Shown one piece after another: positions 13,877 through 26,432 of a DNA stretch of 64,000 nucleotides. The notes beneath the pieces were generated by a model that was given only the letters and a program-made list of their open reading frames with translations, was not told where the DNA came from and did no database searches. The DNA comes from the human T2T-CHM13v2.0 reference genome, Homo sapiens. Where the stretch lies: assembly GCF_009914755.1 (NCBI RefSeq), contig NC_060942.1; one strand, 5' to 3'. How positions within the stretch are numbered: position 1 is the stretch's first letter; the number at the start of each line of letters is the position of its first letter. The position numbers were made by a program, and so were the translations under genes.

Positions 13877-14619
13877 TTCAAGCCTTCTCCTAGCCATCAC
13901 CTGTGCCCTGGGCCATTGTCTCTTCCCGTGGACCACTTCCACAAGATATACCATCTATGTGTCTTTCCTTTATATTCTCCACATTACAAAAGTTGCAAGG
14001 AAGTTATACGGTCCAACATTTTTGCCGTGGAAGATTTATAATTGTTCTTTCCTTCTTTTCTTCCTCTCTTTACATCCCTTTCAATATGAGACTGCTAGAT
14101 GAAATTTTTCTCCTTCTCAAAATGTCCTTGTTTTATGCTGCCTTAAACTGCTATCACTGGCCATGTCTTATTCATCTCATTTTTCCTGGGAAAGATTATT
14201 TTTCCTGGCATAAAAATATTATTTATTTATTTCTGCTTGCCTCTCTGATTGAATGATGGCAAGTCAAGAAGATGGGTGGTGAACCGGTGCTCTCCACTTC
14301 ATTCTTTTGCAATACTAAATTTCTATTTCTCCATTTGCCTTAATTGGGTGGACATTACTTTAAATTTTCTCATAAGGAATTGGTAAAATATACATGGTCT
14401 TAGGTTACATTTTTCACAGATCCATTTCTTCTTTGGAATTTTTATATTACTGTTTTTATATCTTCCCTCTTATTTTGTGATACCCAATTAGAGATATAAG
14501 AGATCAGGCTACCTATTCTAAGTTATCCTCCTGAAATTTTATTACAATTTACATCTGTGGAATTAGCCCATCAAGGTAAAGATGTCATCTATTTAATATC
14601 TTGACTGGATAGTGATATT
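13877..14619 (-). pseudogene. Copy B large, heavily decayed exon
   Basis: Acceptor (t)n-cctttag, donor GAA|gtgagt. Purine-rich, with a charged translation and many stops. The donor phase is compatible with the next exon. No GREB1 match recognised. Confidence 0.5.
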
Positions 14620-15005
14620 CTAAAGGAAAAAAAAATAATGAACTTTGTTCCATTGCAATTTATTCTATCTATACACTTTACCAGCTATATATATAGATTA
14701 AAACAGCATTTCTGGATTTGTCTAGGAATTTAAGCCTGTTAATGATACAATGTTCAATTGTCCTCAGAGTACAAATTGACACAATGGAAATTGTCCTTCC
14801 TAGTAGGAGATTTTTAACCAATCAGTAGTTGTCTTATAAACTTTCCATTTTAAAGAAAATAGAAGATCTGAACTTTTTTGCCATAAGAGAATACCTTGCC
14901 CTCATTCTCTAAGTATGATTCTACTGACACTAAGAAGCTTATGACAATGTAATGTCTGGGTTTTATCCTTTTATTATGTGTCTTGGTTTTCTTTCTATGT
15001 ACTAC

Positions 15006-15708
15006 CTATTGCCCATAATTTTCTTAGGAACAGCTCCTACAAAACTGTTGCTATGCTGAATAACTCTGTTACGACCTGAAAATAATATCTGTGAATTACT
15101 TATCCCTGAACAGTAAAATCTCGCTTTGCCACATTCTTTTCAAAAAAAGAATAAAAGCACAAAGATTTTATGAAGTCACTAGACTATTAGGATACATTTA
15201 AAATTTTGTATGATCTGGCTTGTTTTATGACACCTATTTTAATTCTTCATTAAAGGGGATCAAAACTGAACTTTGACCATATTAAAGGAAGGACTCGGAA
15301 AAGATTGAGATGATTTGCCTTAGAGCTTTAGCAGAATACTGAGAACCTCAGAAATGTAATTTAATTATGCATGGTAAGAAAATGCCAGAATTCACAGGCG
15401 ACTCCCAGGTCAAGGAAGCAGTGAGTTAGCCCTGGCTGAAACTTTATGTAGTCATATTCTTTCCTTAGACTTTCCTTTCAAGTTTTATAAGTTTGAGTAC
15501 TATTCATATTCAATACATATAAACTACTATTCATATTTAGAGAAGAAGCACTTAAATGTACCTGATAGGAAACTATCTGTTTTATCTTAGTGGAAAAATC
15601 TCCTAGAGGAAGGGACCACTGTGTGAGAAGATGGAACAGTGGAGAGCACATTTTGATAGACACATTCAGACACTGTCTCTCCTGGCCCTGGGATTGTCAC
15701 TGAGAAAA
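15006..15708 (-). pseudogene. Copy B exons 15708-15562 and 15075-15006
   Basis: Acceptors cccttacag and attttcag. GDFSTKIKQIVSYQ / RVIQHSNSFVGAVPKKIM versus GREB1 GNSYAGQLKTTRFE / NSIEASLRSNNLVPRPIF (second block gap-free). Confidence 0.55.
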
Positions 15709-16149
15709 CTGTAAGGGAATTTTATCTGTTCCAAGAGAAGGACAGATGGCCTCAGGAAGTTCAAAAGGGATGAAGGGTAGAGGGCTTGTGAGGCATATTA
15801 GAATTGTATATTTCATGTGACCTAAATTCTTCTCCTTTGTTTCTCTCAAAATTCTTTAGTAAAATCTACATTATTCACTGGTACTTTGCAAAATCAGCTT
15901 TCTGTAATTTGATAAAAATATTGTCTCAATGTTGGCACAGAGTAAAAATAGAGGCTGCCTCCAGAACAGCCAAGCATAACTGGGTTAAATGTAGCACAAA
16001 ATGCAGAGATTGATAAAAAGCAGCAAAAATAAATCTTGAGTCTCAAACTCTGTTTGCTTGGATTTGTAGAAAAGCTGAGAGCTGGAAAAATCTCTTAGCC
16101 AGAACAAGGACATTAGGAGCTTCTCTTTTACCACTGCAGCTGACACAAT

Positions 16150-16774
16150 ACTGGGGGATCACCAAAATGCTATAGACACTGCTGAGAAGTATTTACTTAC
16201 AACCAGAAACATCAGGGTAATGATGACCAACACAGCCTTAAGGATCCCCTCAGCTTGATGACACATTAAATAGGTTTCTTCCTGATTGTAAGTCCCTGAC
16301 CTTCCTTTTCTTATTAGAGCATTTACCATTTACTTTAGAAAACTTGTAGTTGTAAATTTTTTCTGCCGCTTTGAAAGGAATGTAAATCTCCCAGCCTACC
16401 AGTTTTACAGCCCAGGAAATGTCTTTCTCAAGGACTTGGAAACAATCTCTTTGAAATGTAAATACTGAAGGGGACTGTGGGAGGGTAGGAGACTAACTTG
16501 AATGGGCACCAATTAGCAAACACAGAGGACCTAATCACAGAGAAACACAGTCTCACACTCAGGAATAACATGGTGTGCTCCACAACTCCCATTCGTCAAT
16601 AACCCACTAAATGTCCCCTAGTGCTTGTCCACCACAGCACTTAAAAACCCTTCACCTTTTGTGTCCATGGAGTTAAGTATCCAGACTGGGTCTTTGTTCC
16701 TTCTCTAGTTGCTGGTAGTAATATCAAAATGAAATAATTCTGTCTACTCATCTCTGGAACTTTTTTTTTTAACA
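16150..16774 (+). mobile_element. ERV1 solo LTR, MER67-like
   Basis: Shares a core (tttactttagaaaac, cccagg-aatgtctttctcaa, tgaaatgtaa) with the LTR at 27800; ends tttaaca. Confidence 0.7.
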
Positions 16775-17189
16775 ATGTTTAATTAGTTCTACAAGGATAA
16801 AAGAAGCATATTTAAGTGTGCCTTCAAAAAAAATAATAAAATAAATAAGAAAAAAACGAATTTAGAAAATAACCAACTATGAGCAGCCAAGCTTTATTGT
16901 TTTTAAATATTTATTATAATGTAATCTATAGTTTATACCTTTCCTATAAGTTATTATTTAAGAATTGTTCAGTTATTTTAAGAGCTCTAATTTTGCAGAA
17001 AGAAGGTGGATTCATTTTGGACTAACAAACTTCAGAAAGTTTAGTTATTATCTTAATGTACACCACTTAGCAACACATCTGAATTGTAAATCTGTGCTTA
17101 AAAAATAATATTTAAGAAAATATGTCCAGGTACATTTGCATAGCTGAAGTCTCAGAATTCATTATTTTCAATAGCAGCTCTAAAGATTA

Positions 17190-17400
17190 AATTTAATAAT
17201 GCAGGTAAAGTGTTTAGCACAATCCTTGGTACCTAAAACATGCTGAAATCTTAGGCAAGTCTTTGGTCTCCTATGAGCCTCAGTTGTTCAACTATCTAAA
17301 GGAGATAGTAACAATACCTATTTTATAAGATAATTGTAAGGAATAAAGTAGATGATCTGTTTAAAGTACTTAGCAGATTACTAGGCACATACTAAAGTTT
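17190..17400 (+). mobile_element. MIR fragments
   Basis: Motifs gagcctcagtt and aaagtacttagcag. Confidence 0.65.
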
Positions 17401-17635
17401 AGTGTGTACTTTCCTTAGGATTTTTATTAATGTGAATTTAGGATTAATATGAATTTAGAACCAAGTTCATCACATCCACTTAGAGATTGCTTCTCCAATC
17501 ATCCCTCAGGTAAGAAGTAATCAGTTGCTGAATTTGCTCTCCTAACCCTATATGTCGGTGCCATCAATACTTTCAGAAATCCAAAGAGTGAGACTCATTG
17601 TGATGAGCAATGAGCATTTCAACAGGTGTTGGAAA

Positions 17636-17765
17636 CTCCATATTGTGCGATATGTTTTATGTGATTGCTCAAGAGCTTTCAGGAATCTAATCAGCTTTCA
17701 GAAGCCTAAATTCCATATTGTGCAATATGTGTTATGTGTTAGCTTAAGAGTTTTTAGGAGCCTAG
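17636..17765. repeat. Diverged direct duplication, 75-bp period
   Basis: ccatattgtgc(g/a)atatgt(t/g)ttatgtg...aagag..tt.agga occurs twice. Confidence 0.85.
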
Positions 17766-17879
17766 ACCTAGGTCAATCCACCCAACTACTTTCTTCGAGA
17801 CCCTTCCAACATCAGCCTTCCTCCAGTGCCCAGGCTCTTAGATATTCATGCAAATGGCCAAACACAAATCATTAGAATT

Positions 17880-19030
17880 TCTTCAGACAATTTCCTCTTA
17901 AAAGACAGGGATATTCAGTCATTTATTAGAGAGTTTTCCAGTTTCCTGAGGCCTCTGCCTCATATTAAGAGGAATAACTTCACTTTTCTCAATCATTGGC
18001 TTAATATCTTTGACAAAAGATCACCAGCTCCATGGAAATTTTTCTCTGAGTATTTCTGTGATACTCTGATTCTTCACATATGCTTAGCAATGCATCTGTT
18101 TGATCCAGCACCATGTTTTTCAGGCAGGGGTGGCACTACAGGGTCTACCAGTGTGCCATCAAATACTTCTGTGGTCCCTACAACTTACGGTTTTCTGAGA
18201 GCAGCATGTGATAAAGTGGGAGAATGAGTTATAGATTTGTTTTCAGCTTTATTAATGGAGACTCATGGTAGTGTTGACTCTGCCCCCATAATAATGGTCT
18301 TGGGCCAAACAATTCAATATCAAAAATGATGTACTTGTAAAGTGTAGTCTTCTCATTAAATTATATGCAATGATGATGGCTACTTCTTTCTTCCAATTGA
18401 ATAAATTTCCCTTAGAGATAACTCATTCCTGACGTAGCTGGAACACTGGCAACAAACCAAGTGTTAAAAGAAAACTTCAGCCAAAATAAATTTAAAGGAG
18501 TTTAATTGAGCAATGAATGATTCATGAACTGGGCAGCCCCCAGAATCACAGCAGATTCAGAGAGACTCCAGTGATGCCTCCTGGTCAGAACAAATTTATG
18601 GACACAAAAAAGGAAGTGACATACAGAAATTGGAGGTAAGGTACAGAAACAGATGAATTGATTACAGGTTGGCATTTACCTCATTTCAACTCAGTTTGAA
18701 CACTCAGCAGTGTATGAGTGGTTGAAGTATGGCTGCTGGAATTGGCCAAGACTCAGCCACTGTTACAGGTGCATACTCCTAAGTTAGGGTTGTCTACCCA
18801 CTAAGTTAGGTTGCAGGTCATCTACAAGGACTCAAATATAGAAGTATGGAGTCCTTCTCAGGACATGTTTAGTTTGCTTTAACGCAAGCTTTTATTCTTT
18901 ATTTTACTAGACATGCCCAGGCTCATCTGATTCTTACTTGGTCTCAAGATGGAACCCCTGATATTAAAATCACAGTTATGGAATTTTTACTAGCTACATT
19001 TAAATGTAAAACATTGGTAACTTTGTTTTC
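17880..19030 (-). pseudogene. Copy A C-terminal exon, split by the MER57 LTR
   Basis: Removing the LTR plus one CAAG duplication restores the in-frame peptide FHNCDFNIRGSILRPSKNQMSLGMSSKIKNKSLVCCQCSSYVRNELSLREI, versus GREB1 [38 protein letters not shown]. Confidence 0.72.
18462..18884 (-). mobile_element. MER57A-type ERV1 solo LTR
   Basis: tgttaaaagaaaacttcag...tttgctttaac(g); 4-bp TSD CAAG at 18458-18461 and 18885-18888. Confidence 0.9.
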
Positions 19031-19097
19031 GAACTTTCATTACATTTCTTTATGTTTTATTTTACATTATGCTAACATAATTGATTTAACTATTTTA

Positions 19098-19532
19098 CCC
19101 CTGATTCTTCCCTTGGGGTAAGCTGTGTGCATGTGTAGTGGCCTACCAGCACTTGGGAGGTGAGTATGCATGTTGTGTTTATTGGAGTTCTATGCAGGCT
19201 CACTTGAGGCGTTCTTCCCTTACCAGTCAAATATCCATAGACGTTCATATAGAAGGTCATATACCAGTTAAACTCCACCATTTTGCCTCTTAATGAGTAT
19301 GCTTGAGGACACTTGCCCAACTCCTGAGATCTTAGGAGGCTGCTGATTGCCAGTTTTAGGTGTTTTTATCAATTGGGAGACTGCTTTTCCCTGGCACTGG
19401 CTGTGACCAATTATAATTTTAGAGAGGCAGTTTAATAACCACCTGACCATCACCTGATGGTTGCCTGACATTCCTAGTGGTGGGGGGGACTCTCCCACCC
19501 TGCTCATGTCTGACTAGCTACCTACTGTAACA
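19098..19532 (-). mobile_element. MER50-type LTR, 3' part missing
   Basis: Reverse strand begins tgttacagtaggtagctagtcagacatgagcagg; only ~435 bp present. Confidence 0.8.
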
Positions 19533-19960
19533 CACCTGGCATCTCCAGGGCAAGTGTTCTAATTTATTTGGTATATCTAAGCATGTGGCATAATTGTCAA
19601 GAGGATACATTCTGTAGAAAGTGGAAAGCCTGCCTTTTCCCTATCAGAAAAGTAATGTTAGCATCCTCCAATATGTTTTTAGAAAAGAAATTGATGCTAT
19701 ACACAATGTTTTCCATTTTCACAGAGAAAAAGTGTTTTAAGAAATAATATTTCATCCTAAATAGAATCTATCACTTTGTTTCTCAGCCAGGCAAAATCAA
19801 ATTTCTATACTATTGTTCCAATTTTTAAAGAAACTCTAAAAAATGATATCTTTTAGCAATTCTAAATCAAATACATTTTACCGTCAAAGAGCTATCATGC
19901 TTTCAACTTATTTTTCATGCCAGATGTCTTTATAGGCCCATTTCCAATTTTAACTAAATC
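19533..19960 (-). pseudogene. Copy A exon remnants (two blocks, ~19960-19882 and 19756-19533)
   Basis: VKIGNGPIKTSGMKNK (donor ACG|gtaaaa) versus KQIVVGGHRSFHITSK. LFLCENGKH, KNILE and LDNY versus YICAPDSKH, QLLLE and VDCY. Confidence 0.5.
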
Positions 19961-21149
19961 TCAGACACATCAATGGATATCAATTAATCTGGTTCCACTC
20001 ACAAAGGTTAGTATCCATGCAGTATAAAATTTAAAAATTCAACAAATGAAACTGAAGTATAAATACTTAGAATGAATAAAAAAGACTATGGAAATTAAAG
20101 AAAGTAATCCTGCAATATTACCTTAAATCCTAAATCAGCAAAGCATGAAATGTTAAGTCCTGGAAAGGCTTTGAAAATGTACTTACCCCAACAACAGTTC
20201 TTGAGCTCCATTCAGATCTACTTTTACTTTATAGTTTATACCGTGCTCATCACACAATTTCATTTAACCTTCACAGTAACCCATGGAGGTAGATACTATA
20301 ATTATGCAGCAAGTTGGTGCATGGCAAAGCTGGTATATAAATACAACCTCCAGTTTCATAGTCCGAATACCTTCCATTGTGTGATATAGTTTTGGAATTT
20401 ATCCTGACTTAATTTTGTTCTAATGACCAAATTTCAACTGTCAGAAATTATTATGTGGTTATACACCATCTGTTATAATAAATATGCACAAATTTAGGCA
20501 CAGAGAAAAGGTTAACTCAGCCTGGGAAACACTTGCCAGAGCTTGACTGCTGAAATTGAAACCGTCCCCTAGAAAAGTATAAAATTGATTAAGGGGAGAA
20601 AAAAATCTACCTAGGCTTACAGCACAATGTAAACCAAAATAAAATTGTAAGCCCGCTAACTGACTGATAGACCTTCTCTCTTGGCCAGGGGAGTTCCAAA
20701 GTTAACCTGAAAAACTAATTCAGGCAATGATGGGAAGTGGGGATCAGACATGCCTCATTATAGCTTCCTCCCTTTGGAATTTGGCACAACTGACCCAGCA
20801 TTAACAGTAAAACAGAGATCTTAAAACTGACAAGGAAGTCTCTTGGTAGTAATAAAATACCAGATTCCAACCTGAGTCTAGTATAGCATCACACGACAGA
20901 TAGTAGGCCCTGAAAGAAATCGAAGTATTTTACCTTAAAATATATTTCTTTGACATATTTTGAAGTGGCCCTGAAAAGCTGTCTCTTGTGAGAAAAATCT
21001 ACATTCTGTAGAGAATCCCCTTCCCTTTCCAGGTCTTTTCCCTGCTCCAGTAGAGTATTAACTAAGAGTCTGGCACCTTTTTAGATCTGAGAAGAGTTTT
21101 GAAACCTGCTACCTGGAGGCTTCATTTGCATCATAAAAAGCTTGGTCTC

Positions 21150-21585
<436 letters not shown>

Positions 21586-21744
21586 CTAGTTGTCCCAACT
21601 TTCAGACCCAACCACTGTGTACCTCATGTGTATTAATTGTTATTTTATGTCTTTCTAAAATGTATAAAACAAAGCTGTAGCCTAAACACCTTGAGCACGT
21701 GTTGTCAGGGCCTTCTGGGGCTGTGTCAGGAGTCATGGTCTTCA

Positions 21745-24700
21745 TGTCAGAGGTATTTTCACCAGAGCAACTCCATCTTCAATAGAAGCTGGGTAAAATA
21801 AGGCTGAAACTTACTGGGCTGCATTCCCAGAGAGGTAAGGCATTCTAGGTCACAGGATGAAATAGGAGATCAGCACAAGATACAGGTCATAAAGACCTTG
21901 CTGATGAAACAGGCTGCAGTAAGAAGCTGGCTAAAACCCACCAAAACCAAGATGGCCACAAGAGTGACCTCTGATCATCCTCGCTGCTACACTCCCACCT
22001 GTGCTATGACAGATTACAAATGCCATGGCAATGCCAGGAAGTTACCCTTGATGGTCTGAAAGGGGCAGGTATGAATAATTCATCCCTTCTTTAGCATATC
22101 ATCAAGAAATAACCATAAAAATGGGTAACCAGTAGACCTTGGGGCTTCTCTGTCTATGGAGTAGCCATTCTTTTATTCTTTTACTTTCTTAATAAACTTG
22201 CTTTTGCTTGGCACTATGGACTTGCCCTGAATTCTCCCTTGCTTGAGATCCAAGAACCCTCTCTTGGGATCTGGATCAGGACTCTTTTCATGTAACATAT
22301 TTCTGATGACCACAGAAGCGACTGTAGTGCAGAAACCCTGGACCCAAAGGCTAACTGGGTAAGTGGTGGGGTACCTGGGAAAAGAATGGGATTGAATTAG
22401 AGGCCCAATTTAGAAGGGTTAGAGTCCCTTCTAAGATTTAAGGGGTTAGAGGCCTCTCTCAGTAAAGTCCCCTTTGACTAAGAATGGGTTTGGCACTATG
22501 GGATGTTAACGGCTATTCTCTTTGGATTAATCTCTCTTGCACCCTTTGCTGATGGCTGTGGGTGACAGGATTAGGCATGTACAGGATCATGACACATGGA
22601 GTGCTTCTTTCTCCCCAAAAGGGGAAACGTGAGAGCTGATGAGACTGCTGGAAAAGATATTTTTGCTACTGAGAAGCAGCTGCCTGAACTTTTCAGTGTT
22701 ACTGCAATGGGTGGGTCTTTCTCTGGCCTTCTTGAGCACCTCACCTTCCCCATCATTCCACAGGCAATGCTTTCCTCTCTCTCTTTTTCTGTGCAAACTG
22801 GTTGAATGAATATTAAAAATCACTGTTTATCTTCTGTAAAGGTTTAATTAATTGGAAAAAGGATTCATGAGGCTAATCTGGAGCTGTAGTAGTGAATTTG
22901 GTGTGCTTTGTGTGTCTTTCTGTGCTCTATAATGGAGAGAGGTAGCTTAGGATAGGACATGGGCTTAGGACCTGCTGTTCAAGATGGCCAGCAAACTGGT
23001 TGGTCATGTCCTTGGGAGCTTGACTTGGAATCATGTGGCCATGCTTTTTCTTTTCACAATGGTGGCCCAGGTTTAGGGTTCAATTCCTGGCTTTAAAAAT
23101 GAGTCGTTTATCTTCTGTCTGTCTGTGTATTTATATGTGTTGTGTTTGTAATATTTATATATGAATGAGCTTTAATTGGATCAATAAAAATAAATGCTTA
23201 AATTGAATATTTTGTCAGAAAAATAAAAAGTGGAATGCCTTTTATTTAGTTCATGTGACATTAGTAATTTTTTGGAAACCCAAACAACTTTAAAGATTAT
23301 TGGTAAAATAAAAATGTAAACATTGGCTCTAAATTATGCAGGTCAAATATTAGGTTTGCCAAATGCTTTAAGGTCATAAACTGCTTCTTTGACTTTTAGA
23401 AATTGTTCAGTTTATTTTGGAGCATTAGATTCTAGGTAAGGCCTGGGACACATGAAGGTAGATGCTGAAAACAGTTAGACCTTATCTGCATTTCTCTCTG
23501 GGTCGTAGGCTTCACATCTAGCAGATAATTAAAATCCCAGACTTACCAAAGTTTTCACCAAAAGTAAAAGTTGCTAAGAGTTAACAGTGTAACATGTGTT
23601 TGAAACTACTAATAAAACAGTTCTACACACAAGGCATGTAAAGAAAGTAAAATGTGTTTTTGGTAAAAGATTATAAGAAGGCATGAGAATGTGAATTTTT
23701 CTTGACTAGATTAAAGGGTTAAAGGATCGTTTTAACTTAAGTTAAAGCTGATGGTTTAAGCAAATTATGGAAGATTTGTGAAAATTAATCTTGTAAAGAA
23801 ATTCTGTGTGTGAACATATTGGCTAAAGTTAAAGGGGTATAATTCAGTTTTTCCATAAATTAAACATTGGAGTAAAAGCACAGTAGGTTTTTCTTTGAGC
23901 AAAAATCTGCTTATGATCTGCTCTTTGACAAAATTTATAAAGGCTTATAAAAGGTTTATGAGAATCTTATCTTATGGTCAAATATTAAAATTGGGTAGAT
24001 ATGTCTATAAGGTTTTATTAAGAATTGGGTTTGACATCAATAATGCACTAATACAGAGTGACATTTGGCTTATTTGGTATTAAAGTCAGACAGGAAGCAC
24101 TGTCAAATATGAAATGGTGTTTGGTTTTCTTTGGGCTATATTTGTATAAATGTGTTATTGGTATGTGTTCCAAAATTATGGAAAACTTCTATAATTCTGA
24201 TATGGCTTAGTGTTTTTTATTAATAATTATAATTGTTTACATCAAATTTTATATGCCACAGAAGTAACCAAATTTATTTATCAGTTGTGTTTTTGACTGT
24301 GGCTGTTATAACACGTTTTGTCATCCACTGACAATTGTTTTTTTGCTTCGGTTCTCTTTAGAAGTTGGTTTATAATCAACTATAGAACTCTAGCAGGTGT
24401 TCTTAAGTGTAGGTTTCTGATAACTTTGGAGGCTGTGACGTTAGAATAGAGGAAAAAACTTTCACAGAGAGCTGAATTGTTCATAAATATCAAGCAGAAC
24501 AGGGGTTAACGGCATAAACTAAAGAAGTCTGAAGTAATCTTTTTAACTTTGCTTAAAACGTTGCTGATTCTTTGTTTCGTTTTTCAGAGTCAAGGAAACT
24601 TTTGAGCTATTTAAAGCTTTTAGCAATTGAGTAAAGTATACTCCTGTGAACAAAATTTGGAGCATATTTGTTTCTCTCTACCTGATTTATCCAGAATTTG

Positions 24701-26432
24701 GAAACTATTTGTGAGCATTCTTAACTTATAGCAATATAGTTGTTTGCATAACTATATTGCAATATAGTTAAGTGCAGTAAGAATCTGTTTTCTTTTGCAA
24801 CAGGACACAATTAGAGAAATTGGTTACTTTTACCAAGGCTTTAATTGGAATGGCATGCTTTCCTTTAATGAATCAAATTTGATTGTAAAGCCAATACAAG
24901 CCCCTTGGAGAGCTGGCCTCATACCTTGCCTACACAGTCCCTGTACAGTGTTTCTGACCATGGTAAGTATAGAATGTCACTTTCTAACAGGTCCAGGAGC
25001 CCCAAGTTATCTTGGGACTACAAAAGAAGAGGAATTTACCCAACTCTTAGTTATTTGAGGGTACAAATCCATGGCTGGGCTCAGCTTTAAAAAAGTCTCG
25101 TCTGAGATTCCTTCTATGGAACAAAGTTCCATTAAAGCCAATTTAAAATCCTATGTAAAAAATAATTATTCTTGCTGCACTTTATACAAATAATCAGGCC
25201 AAGTATAATAAAGCAAATCAGTTTTATCATGATTTCTCTTTAGTAAAAATGGGAAACTGGAGAGAGAAATATTATGTTTCAAGAACTATGGCACACTTGT
25301 TATTAGATTCTTGTCTCATCAGTTGTTTTTAAGTTTGTTTCTGCAATTTAGGCTAACCCTGCTTATTCCTGTGAACCAACAAGTGATCTCTGACTGCTTC
25401 TCAGAGAAAACAAGAGAGTTGGGCAATGTAAAAATCTAGATCAGTATTCTAATTCTGATCATGTTTTGGAATTGGCTAGCAACCCCGTATCAGCTTGGTT
25501 CCAGCAGTTGCCCAATTCATGAAAAGCCTTCTTATTTAGTTTACTTGGGATAATTTTACTTATTTTGCTTTACTCTTGTGGAATATATTGCCATTGTACT
25601 TTTTGTGTAGGAATGAGAATAAGCTTACTCAATGTTTTCTTAAATTGAACACTTATTAATCTTCCAGATTTCACCTTTTGTCAAAACTCAAGAGTCATGA
25701 ATGACCCTTGCCATACCAACACTTTCTGACTAGCTCCTATCCACCCAGAGTATGAGAGACCCTAATAATTAGACAGGAATATCATCACTCCTATTCAGCC
25801 TGAAGAAGTTACAGAAGATAGATCTTCATCCCTCAACACCCCTTAGGATTAAGGGTTCTCTTGTAAAAGGGAGTGGGAAACGTCAGAGGCATTTGTGCAA
25901 GAGCCACTCCATCTTGAATAGCCGCTGGATAAAATAAGGCTGAAACCTACTGGGCTGCATTGCCAGAAGGTTAAGCATTCTAAGACACAGGATGAGATAG
26001 GAGGTCAGCACAAGATATGGGTCTTATGTACCTTGATAATAAAACAGGTTGCAGTAAAGAAGCTGGCTAAAACCCACCAAAACCAAGATGGCCACAAGAG
26101 TGACCTCTGATCATCCTCACTGCTACACTCCCACCAGTGCCATGACAGTTTACAAATGCCATGGCAATGTCAGGAAGTTATCCTAGATGGCCTAAAAGGG
26201 GGAGGCATGAATAATTCATCCCTTGTTTAGCATATAATCAAGAAATAACTATAAAAATGGGTAACCAGAAGCCCTTAGAGCTTCTCTGTCTATGGAGTAG
26301 CCATTTTTTTATTCCTTTACTTTCTTAAAAAACCTGCTTTTGCTTTGCAATGTGGACTTGCCTTGAATTCTTTCTTGCATGAACTCCAAGAACACTCTCT
26401 TGGGTTTGGATTCGGACCTTTTTCCTGTAACA
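21745..26432 (+). mobile_element. MER41A provirus: 5'LTR 21745-22297, non-coding internal region, 3'LTR 25881-26432
   Basis: Two ~553-bp direct repeats; PBS-like tgatgaccacagaag after the 5'LTR; polypurine tract aaaagggagtgggaaa; TSD TTCA/CTCA. Confidence 0.93.

Larger units (their letters stand above)
1977..15708 (-). pseudogene. Second GREB1-family pseudogene unit (copy B), N-terminal third, head-to-tail downstream of copy A
   Basis: Exon-like blocks 15708-15562, 15075-15006, 14619-13877, 13662-13596, 13121-13060, 12826-~12300, 4343-4072 and ~2150-1977 match GREB1 N-terminal motifs in order. Confidence 0.72.

Noticed and set aside
13749-18227. Plus-strand ORFs of 107-133 aa (13749, 13903, 17552, 17826)
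   Set aside because: No recognisable homology or splice context. They are mostly antisense shadows of minus-strand pseudo-exons.
21745-26432. Interferon-inducible STAT1 enhancer as in MER41B
   Set aside because: The LTRs are the shorter MER41A type, and the candidate GAS sites are mismatched (TTCCCAGAG, TTGCCAGAA).
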